A stretch of 64,000 bases of DNA from Calditrichaceae bacterium (GTDB lineage Bacteria; Calditrichota; Calditrichia; Calditrichales; JBFXGD01). Of this stretch, positions 10,939 through 20,987 are shown one piece after another. Positions within the stretch are counted from its first letter, which is position 1. Every line of letters begins with the position of its first letter. Under the pieces are notes generated by a model. It had not been told where the DNA came from. It did no database searches and was given only the letters and a program-made list of their open reading frames with translations. The translations under genes and the position numbers were made by a program. The stretch is from NCBI GenBank assembly GCA_050173015.1, contig JBFXLE010000008.1, positions 96,584 through 160,583 on the forward strand. Direction: 5' to 3'.

Positions 10939-11997
10939 ATGCTGACAATACTTAATGAAGATCCACACAAGAGAATTGAGCTAAACCGGAGCCAGATCAT
11001 TGATTTATTAAAAACGGATGATCCGTACATTATAAAAGAATTATATAACCGTGCCAATAAGATTCGGGCGCGTTATTGCGGAGAGGAAATTCATGTCAGA
11101 GGGCTTATTAATTTTTCAAACTATTGTAAGCGTGCTTGCCTGTATTGCGGATTAAGAAAAAACAATAAAAATATTCAGCGATACCGCCTTACTACAGATC
11201 AGATTTTTGCGACGGTTTCGAAAGGAGTAACGGCGGGTTATAAAACTTTCGTGCTGCAATCGGGTGAAGATCCCTACTACACCGATGAAATGGTGTCAGG
11301 ACTAATCAGGATGATCAAATCAAAATTTAGTGTCGCCCTTACCCTTTCTCTTGGTGAACGACCTTATTCAACGTTAAAGAAATGGCGTGAGGACGGCGCG
11401 GACAGGTATCTTTTAAAGCATGAGACTTCTGACGCGGGCTTGTATCGGAGACTTCATCCTGATTTGGAATTTCACAACCGGATCACTTCTTTGATCAACC
11501 TCAAGGAGATAGGTTATCAGACCGGGTCAGGCATAATGATTGGACTGCCCGGACAAACCTATGAAAGTATAGCAGACGATATTATCTTATTTAGAAATCT
11601 TGATATTGACATGATCGGCTGTGGTCCATATATCTATAACCCCGATACCCCGAAAATTAAAACAACACCAAACCGTAAAAAATACATTCAGCCGGAAGCG
11701 GAATTTATTTACAAAATCACCGCCATAAACCGGATTATGATCAAGGATGCACTTATTCCCGCCACAACAGCTCTTACTACAATCGAAGAGACAACCGGAC
11801 AGAAAAACGCTCTATTATGCGGCGCCAATGTTATTATGCTGGATATAACTCCCTTAGAAGTGAAACACCTCTATAAAATATATCCGAAAAAAGACTTTAT
11901 TGATGGGATCAAGGACGCGGAAATACTTTTTCAGAATCTTACCATCTCAACGGGAAGACCTGTATCAAAAACACTTGGGCACAGGGCACATCTTTAA
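10939..11997 (+). CDS. hydE: [FeFe]-hydrogenase H-cluster radical SAM maturase HydE
   Basis: RGLINFSNYCKRACLYCG, VLQSGED, GADRYLLKHET, GANVIM, YKIYP; adjacent to hydG. Confidence 0.92.
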   Translation: MLTILNEDPHKRIELNRSQIIDLLKTDDPYIIKELYNRANKIRARYCGEEIHVRGLINFSNYCKRACLYCGLRKNNKNIQRYRLTTDQIFATVSKGVTAGYKTFVLQSGEDPYYTDEMVSGLIRMIKSKFSVALTLSLGERPYSTLKKWREDGADRYLLKHETSDAGLYRRLHPDLEFHNRITSLINLKEIGYQTGSGIMIGLPGQTYESIADDIILFRNLDIDMIGCGPYIYNPDTPKIKTTPNRKKYIQPEAEFIYKITAINRIMIKDALIPATTALTTIEETTGQKNALLCGANVIMLDITPLEVKHLYKIYPKKDFIDGIKDAEILFQNLTISTGRPVSKTLGHRAHL

Positions 11998-12038
11998 TAT
12001 TTGTTAAAGCCGGTTAGTTGCCTTACCTCAAATTTTTA

Positions 12039-13286
12039 TTATAAATAGGATAGAGCTGAGTCGTTCATTTTATAAAATGGCTCGATAGCGCGCTTGTAAA
12101 TTCCAAGACAATAAGCTATCGCCATGCCGTAATTAGTGACCGGAATTTCGAGGTCTATTGCCGGCTTTAACCGGTTGTAAATCTGCTTTCTCGTGAGCAT
12201 ACACCCGCCGCACTGAATAACCATACTGTATTCCAGGATCTCCCGTTCCACATTGCTGAGTCCCGCCACCATATCAAAATGGAGCTTTTTCCCGGTAAAA
12301 TTGGTTATCCATCTTGGAATTTTTACTCTTCCAATATCGTCTCCGGCAACATGATGGCTGCATGATTCAAGAACTAATATCCGGTCATTATCCTTTAGCT
12401 TGGATATATAAGGTGTGCCGTCGATATATTCCCTGAAAGCTCCGCGATATCTGGCCAGAAGAATGCTGAAACTTGTAAGAGGGATATCAGCCGGGACTGA
12501 GGCATCCGCTTTTAAAAATTCCTGACTGTCTGTAATCACTAATTTTGGTTTCAGATCAGGATGTGTCCTAAAAAATGCCTCCAGTTCCCTCTCTTTCATG
12601 ATGATAGTGATGCAGTCATGATCGAGCAAGTCGCGAATCGTCTGAACCTGAGGCAATATAAGTCTGCCCTTCGGCGCCTCCACATCAATCGGCGTTACAA
12701 GGACAACAATATCACCGTATGAAACCAGATCACCCACCAGACTCGGCTGATCCAGAGAGGACTCAGGAACATGTTTTTTTATTAAACCGATAATCTCATC
12801 TATATTATCAGGGCAAAAAGCGTTAAACTCAATAATATCCGTCAATGTCTCTTTTTCGATTATTTCTTTGGTCAAGGCGGACATTCTTAAAAGATCGGAT
12901 TTATTATGCACCACCAGGAACGGCACCCTGTATTCTTCAAACTTTTCGACGAGCAGCCGTTCGGGACTTTCGTAAGTATTTTCGGAGACCAGCAGGATCG
13001 CCATATCTATCGTTTTTATGACATCGAGTGTTCTCCCGACCCTTTTCTGTCCCATTTCCCCCACATCATCAATACCCGCCGTATCAATAAAGATGACCGG
13101 ACCAATTCCGGGCAGTTCCATCGCTTTGTTTACGGGATCGGTCGTCGTGCCCGGATAATCGGCAACGATCGAAACATTCTGACCCGATACCGCATTGATA
13201 AAAGAACTTTTTCCGATATTTCTCCGGCCAAAGATTCCGATATGCGGTTTTTCTGCTTTTGTCATGGATACTCCAAATTTAGACAA
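12039..13286 (-). CDS. hydF: [FeFe]-hydrogenase maturation GTPase HydF
   Basis: GRRNIGKSS, GTTTDPV, DTAG, NKSD, APKGRLILPQVQ, ESCSHH, QCGGCM, TNYG. True start may be a few codons downstream. Confidence 0.95.
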   Translation of the reverse strand: MSKFGVSMTKAEKPHIGIFGRRNIGKSSFINAVSGQNVSIVADYPGTTTDPVNKAMELPGIGPVIFIDTAGIDDVGEMGQKRVGRTLDVIKTIDMAILLVSENTYESPERLLVEKFEEYRVPFLVVHNKSDLLRMSALTKEIIEKETLTDIIEFNAFCPDNIDEIIGLIKKHVPESSLDQPSLVGDLVSYGDIVVLVTPIDVEAPKGRLILPQVQTIRDLLDHDCITIIMKERELEAFFRTHPDLKPKLVITDSQEFLKADASVPADIPLTSFSILLARYRGAFREYIDGTPYISKLKDNDRILVLESCSHHVAGDDIGRVKIPRWITNFTGKKLHFDMVAGLSNVEREILEYSMVIQCGGCMLTRKQIYNRLKPAIDLEIPVTNYGMAIAYCLGIYKRAIEPFYKMNDSALSYL

Positions 13287-13305
13287 TGAAACTCAACAAA
13301 ATCTG

Positions 13306-14775
13306 TTACTCGTTATCTATTTCTTTTTCCCGGTTATCGGGTATTTCATCAATTGTAAATCCGAGTTTTAACAGATAATCCGGCTTCATTAAGATCTCCA
13401 ACTGATCGGGGTCAATTAAATGTAAATGCTGATTTGCATTAAATATATCACAACTGTGTTCCGACATTACTCTTGCCAGTTTTTCCACCTGCTTATACCC
13501 CAGATACGGAATAAGCGCTGTCGTAACAGCTGGATTTTTCAACAATTTTTCAAGCGCCTGTTTCGTATTGATATTCAGACCGGTCATCATATTACGATTT
13601 ACTGTCCAGTTGCAATCAATGAGTAATTGCAGACTATCCAGCAAGGCGTCTCCAATTACCGGCAGATTGGCATTCAGATCAAGGCATCCCTGAGCGGCAA
13701 GCGAAGTGATAAGTCCGTCATTCGCGTAGATTTTATGGCAAGCGCCAATGACAAATTCAGGAATAACGGGATTAATTTTACCGGGCATGATGGAGCTTCC
13801 AACCTGTTTCTTCGGAATTTCCATCTCTTTTTGAGAAATTAAATCCGAAGAGAGCAACCGGAGATCGGAAACCATTTTCTCCAGATTTACCGCGTTTGCC
13901 TTCAGGATCGCGTGTACTTCGACAAATGAATCCAAATTAGCGGTCGTGTCCGATAGATTTTCACTTCTGGTCACCGGGTGCCCTGTTAAATCCTTCAATG
14001 TCTGCACCACTTCGAAAATGAAAAATCTGGGAACGGTGATACCTGTGCCGACAGCGCTCCCGCCAAGATTCACGATTTTTATTCGTTCCAAACTTTTTGA
14101 AACGCGCCACCAGTCTCGTGAAAGGGCATTATTATATGCGCTGAATAGTTTTCCGTATGAAGATGGAACCGCTGCCTGCATTTGGGTATATGCAATACGA
14201 AGGTTTTCCCGGTAGTTTGTTTCGTGTACTTCAGTGATTTTTCGCAATCCGTTGATTTCTTTTTCCAAAACTCCCAGTAATTCCATCATAGCCAGTCTCA
14301 GGGCGGTAGGAACCACATCATTGGTTGATTGAAAGATATTGGCATGTTCTATCGGATGAACAACTTCATAATCACCCGGATTTTTACCCATTCTCACCAG
14401 AGCCGAATTAGCGATAATCTCATTGATGTTCATATTGATGCTTGTTCCGGCTCCTCCGGAAATGCCGGGAACAATAAAATGTTCGAAATATTTACCGGAA
14501 GATATTTCTTCAGCACTAATGATGATTTGTTTTAAAACAGAGTCATCAATAAATTTTAAGGGAAGTATTTTATTCGGATATTTCTGCCGGGTAGCATTTT
14601 TAAATTTTTCATAAGTTTGATAACAGGCGAGTTTGACAGTTCCGAGAGCTCGGTACCATATAAAATTAAATGGGGATCGATCCGGAAAATTCTCTCTGGC
14701 TCTTATCGAATGAATCCCGTATAATGAATCTCTCGGAATACCTTTTTCTCCAAGAGCATCCTGTTCAGTTCTCAT
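13306..14775 (-). CDS. aspA: Aspartate ammonia-lyase-like protein (fumarase/aspartase superfamily), co-transcribed with hydF
   Basis: MRTEQDALG, GGAGTSINMN, QSTND, GSSIMPGKINP. Confidence 0.8.
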   Translation of the reverse strand: MRTEQDALGEKGIPRDSLYGIHSIRARENFPDRSPFNFIWYRALGTVKLACYQTYEKFKNATRQKYPNKILPLKFIDDSVLKQIIISAEEISSGKYFEHFIVPGISGGAGTSINMNINEIIANSALVRMGKNPGDYEVVHPIEHANIFQSTNDVVPTALRLAMMELLGVLEKEINGLRKITEVHETNYRENLRIAYTQMQAAVPSSYGKLFSAYNNALSRDWWRVSKSLERIKIVNLGGSAVGTGITVPRFFIFEVVQTLKDLTGHPVTRSENLSDTTANLDSFVEVHAILKANAVNLEKMVSDLRLLSSDLISQKEMEIPKKQVGSSIMPGKINPVIPEFVIGACHKIYANDGLITSLAAQGCLDLNANLPVIGDALLDSLQLLIDCNWTVNRNMMTGLNINTKQALEKLLKNPAVTTALIPYLGYKQVEKLARVMSEHSCDIFNANQHLHLIDPDQLEILMKPDYLLKLGFTIDEIPDNREKEIDNE

Positions 14776-15014
14776 GAATTAAATTTACTAAATATTTGTC
14801 TTTTTTGAAAATAACAATAAAAATATTATGCTGTTAAATGCATTGAATATTTAACAGTTTCTAATTAAAAAACATGTGAAAAACACCTGATTAAAGAATC
14901 AAACTTCCTGTTTTATCCTGATTCTTTATTTCGTTTTTGACAAAAAAATACCTTTCTCCCATGGCCGGGGAAAAAACACCGTTCACAATTGTTCAGATAA
15001 CCAAATAATATATT

Positions 15015-15341
15015 CTATTTCTTTGGTTTTATCGTTTTTAGCAATTTACCCGTTTGAGAATCAAATATTTTTAGGACTATTCCGTCAATAATACTGATCT
15101 CACATTTTCTGAATTCGCTGGCAATGATTTCTACATTCGGTTCCTTAGCATCAAGGTGGAGATAAACATCTACTTGTTCGAGGGTATCACTGTCTTTCCA
15201 TTCATATTCCACCACTACATTCACATTTTTGAAATCAGGTTGTATCTCAGTTGTATCAGCCTCTACCGAGAGCACGGCCGCGGAAGCATTGGAACCGATC
15301 ATGAGAACAAACAAAAAAACCATAAAAAAGGCAGCTTTCAT
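15015..15341 (-). CDS. Hypothetical secreted protein
   Basis: Sec-type signal peptide ending ASA-A; AAGGAGGT RBS. Confidence 0.65.
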   Translation of the reverse strand: MKAAFFMVFLFVLMIGSNASAAVLSVEADTTEIQPDFKNVNVVVEYEWKDSDTLEQVDVYLHLDAKEPNVEIIASEFRKCEISIIDGIVLKIFDSQTGKLLKTIKPKK

Positions 15342-15409
15342 CAGACACCTCCTTTTCTTGAAGATCCCCCGGCCTTTCTACGACTTTTATATATTATTAC
15401 CCGGTTTGT

Positions 15410-16264
15410 CTAATCTCTTTGCCTTTCCGCTGTTAAATCGAACGAATCACCGACATTCATTAGTTTAACCCTGCCTTTGAAATGCTGAAACATTGTATGC
15501 ATTGCCGTAAAACCGGTGCAATGCAAAGGGACAATAAATGCCGGATCTATTTTCTTCAGATCGGCAACAACACGCTCAATCCTTTTTAAAGGACTGCCAA
15601 GCAGATGCATACCTCCAAAAACAGCAAATATAGTATTATTATGAGTAATTCTCATTGCGTGTTTTACGCTGTTTACCGCGCCTGAATGTCCGCATCCGAG
15701 AAGAACAATCAGTCCTTTTTCACTATTTAGTATCAGCGACATATCATCATGTATTTCATCGTGGATGTAACTTTCCAATACCCGCTGCTGGTAGGTCTCA
15801 TCAATAAATTCATATTCCGTCAGGCGCGGGATTTCTCCTGAAATCCATACATCCGGGAATAGTTCATGGGCATGTGATTTGAAAATAAAATTCGCCCCCG
15901 AAGAAGTCACATCCTTTTTTTCCCAGGGCACACCGATATCCACTTTTCCATTCGGATAGACGCGGAATTTTTTATTTGTTAAGGCAGGATGGCAAACGAC
16001 GGAAATTGGTTTTACGCGTTTCACAAAATGAGTCAATCCGCCCGTGTGGTCAAAATGACCATGGCTCAAAACAATCATATCCACAAGATTAAGGTCAAGA
16101 CCAAGCTGAATCGCGTTGTGCATAAACGCGTCCGTCTGCCCCGTATCAAAAAGAATATTTCCTTCCGATGTCTGTACCAGCACCGACAATCCCTGCTCGG
16201 CAATAAGTTTCGGGTTGTTCACCCTGTTTTCGGAAAGGATGGTAAGTTTTATTTTTGATAACAT
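15410..16264 (-). CDS. MBL-fold metallo-hydrolase
   Basis: EQGLS, LFDTG, LSHGHFDHTGG, GCGHSG, GGMHL, PLHCTG. Confidence 0.88.
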   Translation of the reverse strand: MLSKIKLTILSENRVNNPKLIAEQGLSVLVQTSEGNILFDTGQTDAFMHNAIQLGLDLNLVDMIVLSHGHFDHTGGLTHFVKRVKPISVVCHPALTNKKFRVYPNGKVDIGVPWEKKDVTSSGANFIFKSHAHELFPDVWISGEIPRLTEYEFIDETYQQRVLESYIHDEIHDDMSLILNSEKGLIVLLGCGHSGAVNSVKHAMRITHNNTIFAVFGGMHLLGSPLKRIERVVADLKKIDPAFIVPLHCTGFTAMHTMFQHFKGRVKLMNVGDSFDLTAERQRD

Positions 16265-16383
16265 GGTCCCCCCTGTCTAAAAATTTTTAAAATTAATTTT
16301 TATTCAGGTATTACCACAACGTATGTGATATAATACACATAAATAAAACGGATTCACATAATTAAAATAAATATTTCTGCCGG

Positions 16384-17502
16384 TCAGCAATATCTGATCT
16401 CCGGTTGAGTTCGACCGATTTTTGTTAATACGATTTGCCATAACTGATTATCCCGGGAACGGAATCCCGCAGCTGAACTCAAAAGGTAATATCTCCACAT
16501 TCTTCTGAACCGGTCATCATAATGAATTTTCAATTTCGGCCAGGCGTTTTCAAAATTTTCATACCACGCCATTAAGGTCTTATCATAATCCGGCCCAAAA
16601 TTATGCCAGTCTTCAATGACAAACAGATTTTCCGCCGCCGAGCCAATTTGTCTTATGGATGGAACCTGTCCGTTCGGGAATATATATTTTATTGTCCATG
16701 GATTCATGGTGGTGGAGCTCTTGTTTTGTCCGATGGTCTGAATAAACGCAATTCCATCCTCTTTAAGAGTACGGTTGACCACCTCCATATAAGTCCGGTG
16801 ATTTTTATAACCGATATGTTCGAAGCTGCCAATGGAAATCACACGGTCAAATGAGCCTTTAACGGCACGGTAATCCTGTAATCTTATCTCTACGGGCAGC
16901 TCATGGCACAATTCATTGCCCAGCTCATACTGATTTTTTGAAACCGTTATGCCCGTGACGGAAACGCCGTACATCTCCGCGGCAAATTTCGCGAACGCAC
17001 CCCACCCGCAGCCGATATCCAGAACAGTCATACCTTCCCTGAGATCGATTTTTTTGCAAATCATAGCGAGCTTGGCTTCCTGCGCTTCATCAAGCTGATC
17101 CGCGTTTTTCCAATAAGCGCAGCTGTAATTCATCCTTTTGTCGAGCATCGCTCTGTACAAATCGTTCCCTACGTCGTAATGATGTTTTCCAACCTGATAT
17201 GCCCTGTCTCTGTTCTGAAGATTAAACAGTCTCGATTTAAGAACATGCCATTTTAAGGGTAAGCTGTGTTTAATCCGATGATGGATCCCTGAAGATAAAA
17301 TCCGGTAAAATAATTCATCAAGCGCCTCACAATCCCACCACCCGTCCATATAGGACTCTCCCAAACCCAGCGCGGAATCACGCAGTACCCGTTCGTAGAA
17401 GCGCTCATCATGCACAAGAATATCATACCGCTCATGGCCGTTTATTTTAATAGCGGCCATCTCAAGCAATTCATAGATTATGGATTCAGCCTTAGGAGCC
17501 AT
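16384..17502 (-). CDS. cfa: Cyclopropane-fatty-acyl-phospholipid synthase
   Basis: LGLGESYMDGWW, HYDVGNDLY, YSCAYW, LDIGCGWG, KYIFPNG, RMWRYYL. Confidence 0.95.
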   Translation of the reverse strand: MAPKAESIIYELLEMAAIKINGHERYDILVHDERFYERVLRDSALGLGESYMDGWWDCEALDELFYRILSSGIHHRIKHSLPLKWHVLKSRLFNLQNRDRAYQVGKHHYDVGNDLYRAMLDKRMNYSCAYWKNADQLDEAQEAKLAMICKKIDLREGMTVLDIGCGWGAFAKFAAEMYGVSVTGITVSKNQYELGNELCHELPVEIRLQDYRAVKGSFDRVISIGSFEHIGYKNHRTYMEVVNRTLKEDGIAFIQTIGQNKSSTTMNPWTIKYIFPNGQVPSIRQIGSAAENLFVIEDWHNFGPDYDKTLMAWYENFENAWPKLKIHYDDRFRRMWRYYLLSSAAGFRSRDNQLWQIVLTKIGRTQPEIRYC

Positions 17503-17693
17503 ACAACGGTCCCCTGAAATATATAATTTTAGATAAAAAGTTTGAACAGGATCAGTTTTATCTAACCAGGATTAATTCATATAGATTGCGGATCTGTATC
17601 TATTAAACAAGAGAATTGAATTTATTTTCCGTAAAAAATATTTTTTCTCACCGGTAAGATTTTTTTCTTCCCGGCTGAATATTCTTCTATAGA

Positions 17694-18821
17694 TCAACTC
17701 AGACGTTTTTGGAAACGCAGGACCGCGGATCCGAAAGCGATTAATCCGAAAGCCAGCATGGCCAACGCCTCCTTTACAAGATACGGGGCTGATGTGCCTT
17801 TTAAATATATTTCCCGTATGACTACCATGTAGTAACGCAGAGGATTAAGATAGGTTACCATCTGAACCCAGTCGGGCATGTTTTGGATGGGGATAAAAAA
17901 ACCGGAGAGGATAAACGCGAATATTGAAAAAAACCAGGCGACAAACATGGCCTGCTGCTGAGTTTTAGCCATCGTTGACGCAAATATACCGAGTCCAAGG
18001 GTGCTTAAACTAAAAATCATACTCAACACATAGAGTAAAATCAGATTTCCTTTGATCCATATCCCAAAGATGATTCCCGCGGCAAGTATGCCGACGTTTA
18101 GAAGCAGGAATGAGATGATCAGGAAAGGAATCGTTTTTCCGATTATAAGCTCACTGCTTCTTATGGGCGTCACCATTAATTGTTCAAGCGTTCCGATCTC
18201 TTTTTCCCGAACTATACTCATTCCTGTCAAAACCGCCGTAATAATAGTAAGCAATACGGCGATGACTCCGGGTACAATATTATTTACGCTTTCAAGACTC
18301 GGATTATATAACATCCGTGGTAAAATTTCAGTTATGTGCACACCTGCCGTTTTTTGGGCGAGAAGTCCGGCGCTGCCCAACCACTCTTTCTGGAGATTGA
18401 CAGAGATCTGATTCACATACCCCAGAGCGATTCCTGCCGAGTTTCCATCCACTCCGTCAACGATTGCCTGAACTTTGGGCTGAATACCGTTTTTCAAATC
18501 CCTTTCAAAATGAGGCGGAATAACCAAGGCTAGTTTTATTTCACCGTAATCCATCATCTCTTTCGATCTGGCTTCCGTTTTCACCACCCCGACATACTCG
18601 AATGATTCCGTCACACTGAACGCATCGATAATCCTTCGGCTGGACTGTGAATGATCCAAATCAACAATAGCCAGCGGAACATGCTTTACATCGGTGGTTA
18701 TGGCAAATCCCAGCAAAACGATTTCGACAAACGGCATCACAAAAATGATACCAATGAAAGCTTTTTCCCTTAAAATTTCCCTGAACTCTTTTTGTATCAG
18801 ATATAATATCCTTTGGATCAT
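17694..18821 (-). CDS. ABC-2 type transporter permease (YbhR-like)
   Basis: KEF N-terminus, SIVREKEIGTLEQLMVTP, LSGFFIPIQNMP. Start moved to MIQRIL. Confidence 0.9.
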   Translation of the reverse strand: MIQRILYLIQKEFREILREKAFIGIIFVMPFVEIVLLGFAITTDVKHVPLAIVDLDHSQSSRRIIDAFSVTESFEYVGVVKTEARSKEMMDYGEIKLALVIPPHFERDLKNGIQPKVQAIVDGVDGNSAGIALGYVNQISVNLQKEWLGSAGLLAQKTAGVHITEILPRMLYNPSLESVNNIVPGVIAVLLTIITAVLTGMSIVREKEIGTLEQLMVTPIRSSELIIGKTIPFLIISFLLLNVGILAAGIIFGIWIKGNLILLYVLSMIFSLSTLGLGIFASTMAKTQQQAMFVAWFFSIFAFILSGFFIPIQNMPDWVQMVTYLNPLRYYMVVIREIYLKGTSAPYLVKEALAMLAFGLIAFGSAVLRFQKRLS

Positions 18822-18823
18822 AT

Positions 18824-19927
18824 TTACTCCAGTTTCGTGCTGAACTTTCTGAGACTTAGGATGATCAATCCGGCGGACATCACTACCAGATAAATCGTTT
18901 GCCATGTCAATTCAGCGATTCCAACGCCTTTAAGCATGATACCGCGGATAATTTCTATAAAATGCGTCGCGGGTATAATCCAGGCGATATACTGCAGAAT
19001 TTCCGGCATACTTTTGATGGGAAAAATAAATCCTGTGAGCATCACTGTCGGTAATATGGTGGCGACAATTGTAACCAACATGGCCACCTGCTGTGAACTG
19101 GTGACCGTTGAGATAAGCAGGCCCAGACTTAAGCCGGTCAGTAAATAAAGGATCAGCATTATATTAAGCAGCATCAGGGAACCATTGACAGGGACATCAA
19201 ACCACAGCCATGCAAAAAAGAGTACGAGAATGCTGTCAAAAAAACCGATAATCACATAAGGGATTACCTTGCCGATGATAATCTGGACAGGCCGAACCGG
19301 ACTGACCAGAATCTGCTCCATCGTTCCCACCTCTTTCTCACGTACGATCGTGATGCTTGTCAAAAGTGCGCTGATCAGAAGCATAATCACCGCGATCAAT
19401 CCCGGTACAAAGAAATAGGATGACTTCAAATCCGGATTATACAGAAGTCGCGGTTCAACCTGAAACGCGGTCATCATCTGTTGATTCATCATAAAATTAT
19501 ATTTACTCACGATAAGCGTGACATAATTGTTTATATAGTTTGCCGCGTTGGGATCACTCGCGTCGATCAGTAACTGCACCGGAGTACTCACGCCGGTTTG
19601 CAATTCTCTTGAGAAGTTTTCCGGTATCACAAGAACGCACCGGGCTTTCCTCTGATAGAATATGGTTTCAATCTGATCATAAGGGACATCTACATCGGTC
19701 ACAATAAAAAAATCCGTCGAGATTATTTTTTCTGTCAACGCCCTGCTTTCCGGTGTTTTAGATAAATCAACGATCGCGGTTTCGATATTACGCATCTCCA
19801 GCGTAATCGCGTAGCCGTAAAGAAAAAGCATAATTATTGGCATGGCGATGATAATAGCGAGAGTCTGGGGATCTCTCCAAATATGAGTAAACTCTTTTTT
19901 CGCTATACTTCTCAGGATCTGGTTCAT
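18824..19927 (-). CDS. ABC-2 type transporter permease (YbhS-like)
   Basis: KEFTHIWRDP, LYNPDLKS, TIVREKEVGTMEQILVSP. Confidence 0.9.
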   Translation of the reverse strand: MNQILRSIAKKEFTHIWRDPQTLAIIIAMPIIMLFLYGYAITLEMRNIETAIVDLSKTPESRALTEKIISTDFFIVTDVDVPYDQIETIFYQRKARCVLVIPENFSRELQTGVSTPVQLLIDASDPNAANYINNYVTLIVSKYNFMMNQQMMTAFQVEPRLLYNPDLKSSYFFVPGLIAVIMLLISALLTSITIVREKEVGTMEQILVSPVRPVQIIIGKVIPYVIIGFFDSILVLFFAWLWFDVPVNGSLMLLNIMLILYLLTGLSLGLLISTVTSSQQVAMLVTIVATILPTVMLTGFIFPIKSMPEILQYIAWIIPATHFIEIIRGIMLKGVGIAELTWQTIYLVVMSAGLIILSLRKFSTKLE

Positions 19928-20670
19928 AGAGCCGCCTGCTTTACAACCTTCATAAAAACATCCTGCATGGAATCCACCCGGTACTTGCTTTTAAGTTTCT
20001 GAGGATTATCCAGCTCCACGATCCGGCCGTCCCGCATAATGCTCAATTCGTGACAATATTCCGCTTCATCCATATAATGGGTTGTCACGAATATGGTTTT
20101 ACCTTTTTCGGCAAGCTCGTAAATAAGCAGCCAGAAATTTCTTCGTGATACAGGATCGACACCACTCGTCGGCTCATCCAGAAAAATGATTTCCGGATCA
20201 TGTAAAATAGCGGTACTCAACGCCATCCGCTGTTTCCATCCGAGCGGCAAAGAACGAGTGAGCTGATCCGCCTGTTCCTCGAGTTTCAGATAACTTAGCA
20301 GTTCTTCCGTTTTTGTTTCAATCTCTGCGCGGCTTAATCCGTAAATCCCGCCATAAAATTCTATATTCTGTCTTACCGTCAGATCATCGTAAAGGCTGAA
20401 TTTCTGACTCATATATCCGATATTTCTTTTAATGGTCTCCGGCTCAGTGTAAACATCATATCCGGCGACAGTGGCTTTGCCGGATGTCGGGAGCAACAGG
20501 CCGCATAGCATTCTGATCGTAGTCGTTTTGCCGGCTCCGTTCGCGCCCAAAAATCCAAAAATCGCGCCGCGTTTAACTTTAAAACTAATATTATCCACCG
20601 CGTTGAAAGAGCCAAAGCTCCTGGTCAGATTTTCCACAACAACAGTATATTCGTTCTCAGCTATCTTCAT
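19924..20670 (-). CDS. ABC transporter ATP-binding protein
   Basis: GANGAGKTT, LPLGWKQR, LDEPTSGVDP, TTHYMDEAE. Confidence 0.93.
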   Translation of the reverse strand: MKIAENEYTVVVENLTRSFGSFNAVDNISFKVKRGAIFGFLGANGAGKTTTIRMLCGLLLPTSGKATVAGYDVYTEPETIKRNIGYMSQKFSLYDDLTVRQNIEFYGGIYGLSRAEIETKTEELLSYLKLEEQADQLTRSLPLGWKQRMALSTAILHDPEIIFLDEPTSGVDPVSRRNFWLLIYELAEKGKTIFVTTHYMDEAEYCHELSIMRDGRIVELDNPQKLKSKYRVDSMQDVFMKVVKQAAL

Positions 20671-20780
20671 ATTACCGGACTTTTAGTTTTATGGGTTTTG
20701 GTGACAAAATCATATCGTTACTCCCCGGTGTCTGTCAATTTTTGACCGCCTATCGTTTTTCTCATCACCCCTTTTTTCTT

Positions 20781-20985
20781 CTCACTTCCTACTTCCCACT
20801 TCTTACTTCTTACTTTTCTTCATTTCCCAAGCAAGCAGAAGATCCCTCCGGGATGACGTGTACGGCGGTCTGTCGTTAAATGGCCGGGCGCCCCTACTCT
20901 TAACTCTTAACTCTTTTCTCTTAACGCTCTTAATCTTTTCTCTTTTTTCTTTTTTCCTAAAATTCCTACTTCCTACTTCTTATTT
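20781..20985. repeat. Three tracts of degenerate 7-bp pyrimidine-rich tandem repeats
   Basis: CYYACTT x5 (20781-20815); TAACTCT-like x5 (20894-20928); CCTACTT, CCTACTT, CTTATTT (20965-20985). Confidence 0.85.
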
Positions 20986-20987
20986 CT

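Noticed and set aside
9404-11997. ThiH and BioB
   Set aside because: The HydG auxiliary CTAC...C motif, the HydE YxxY-type motif and the hydrogenase context indicate maturases.
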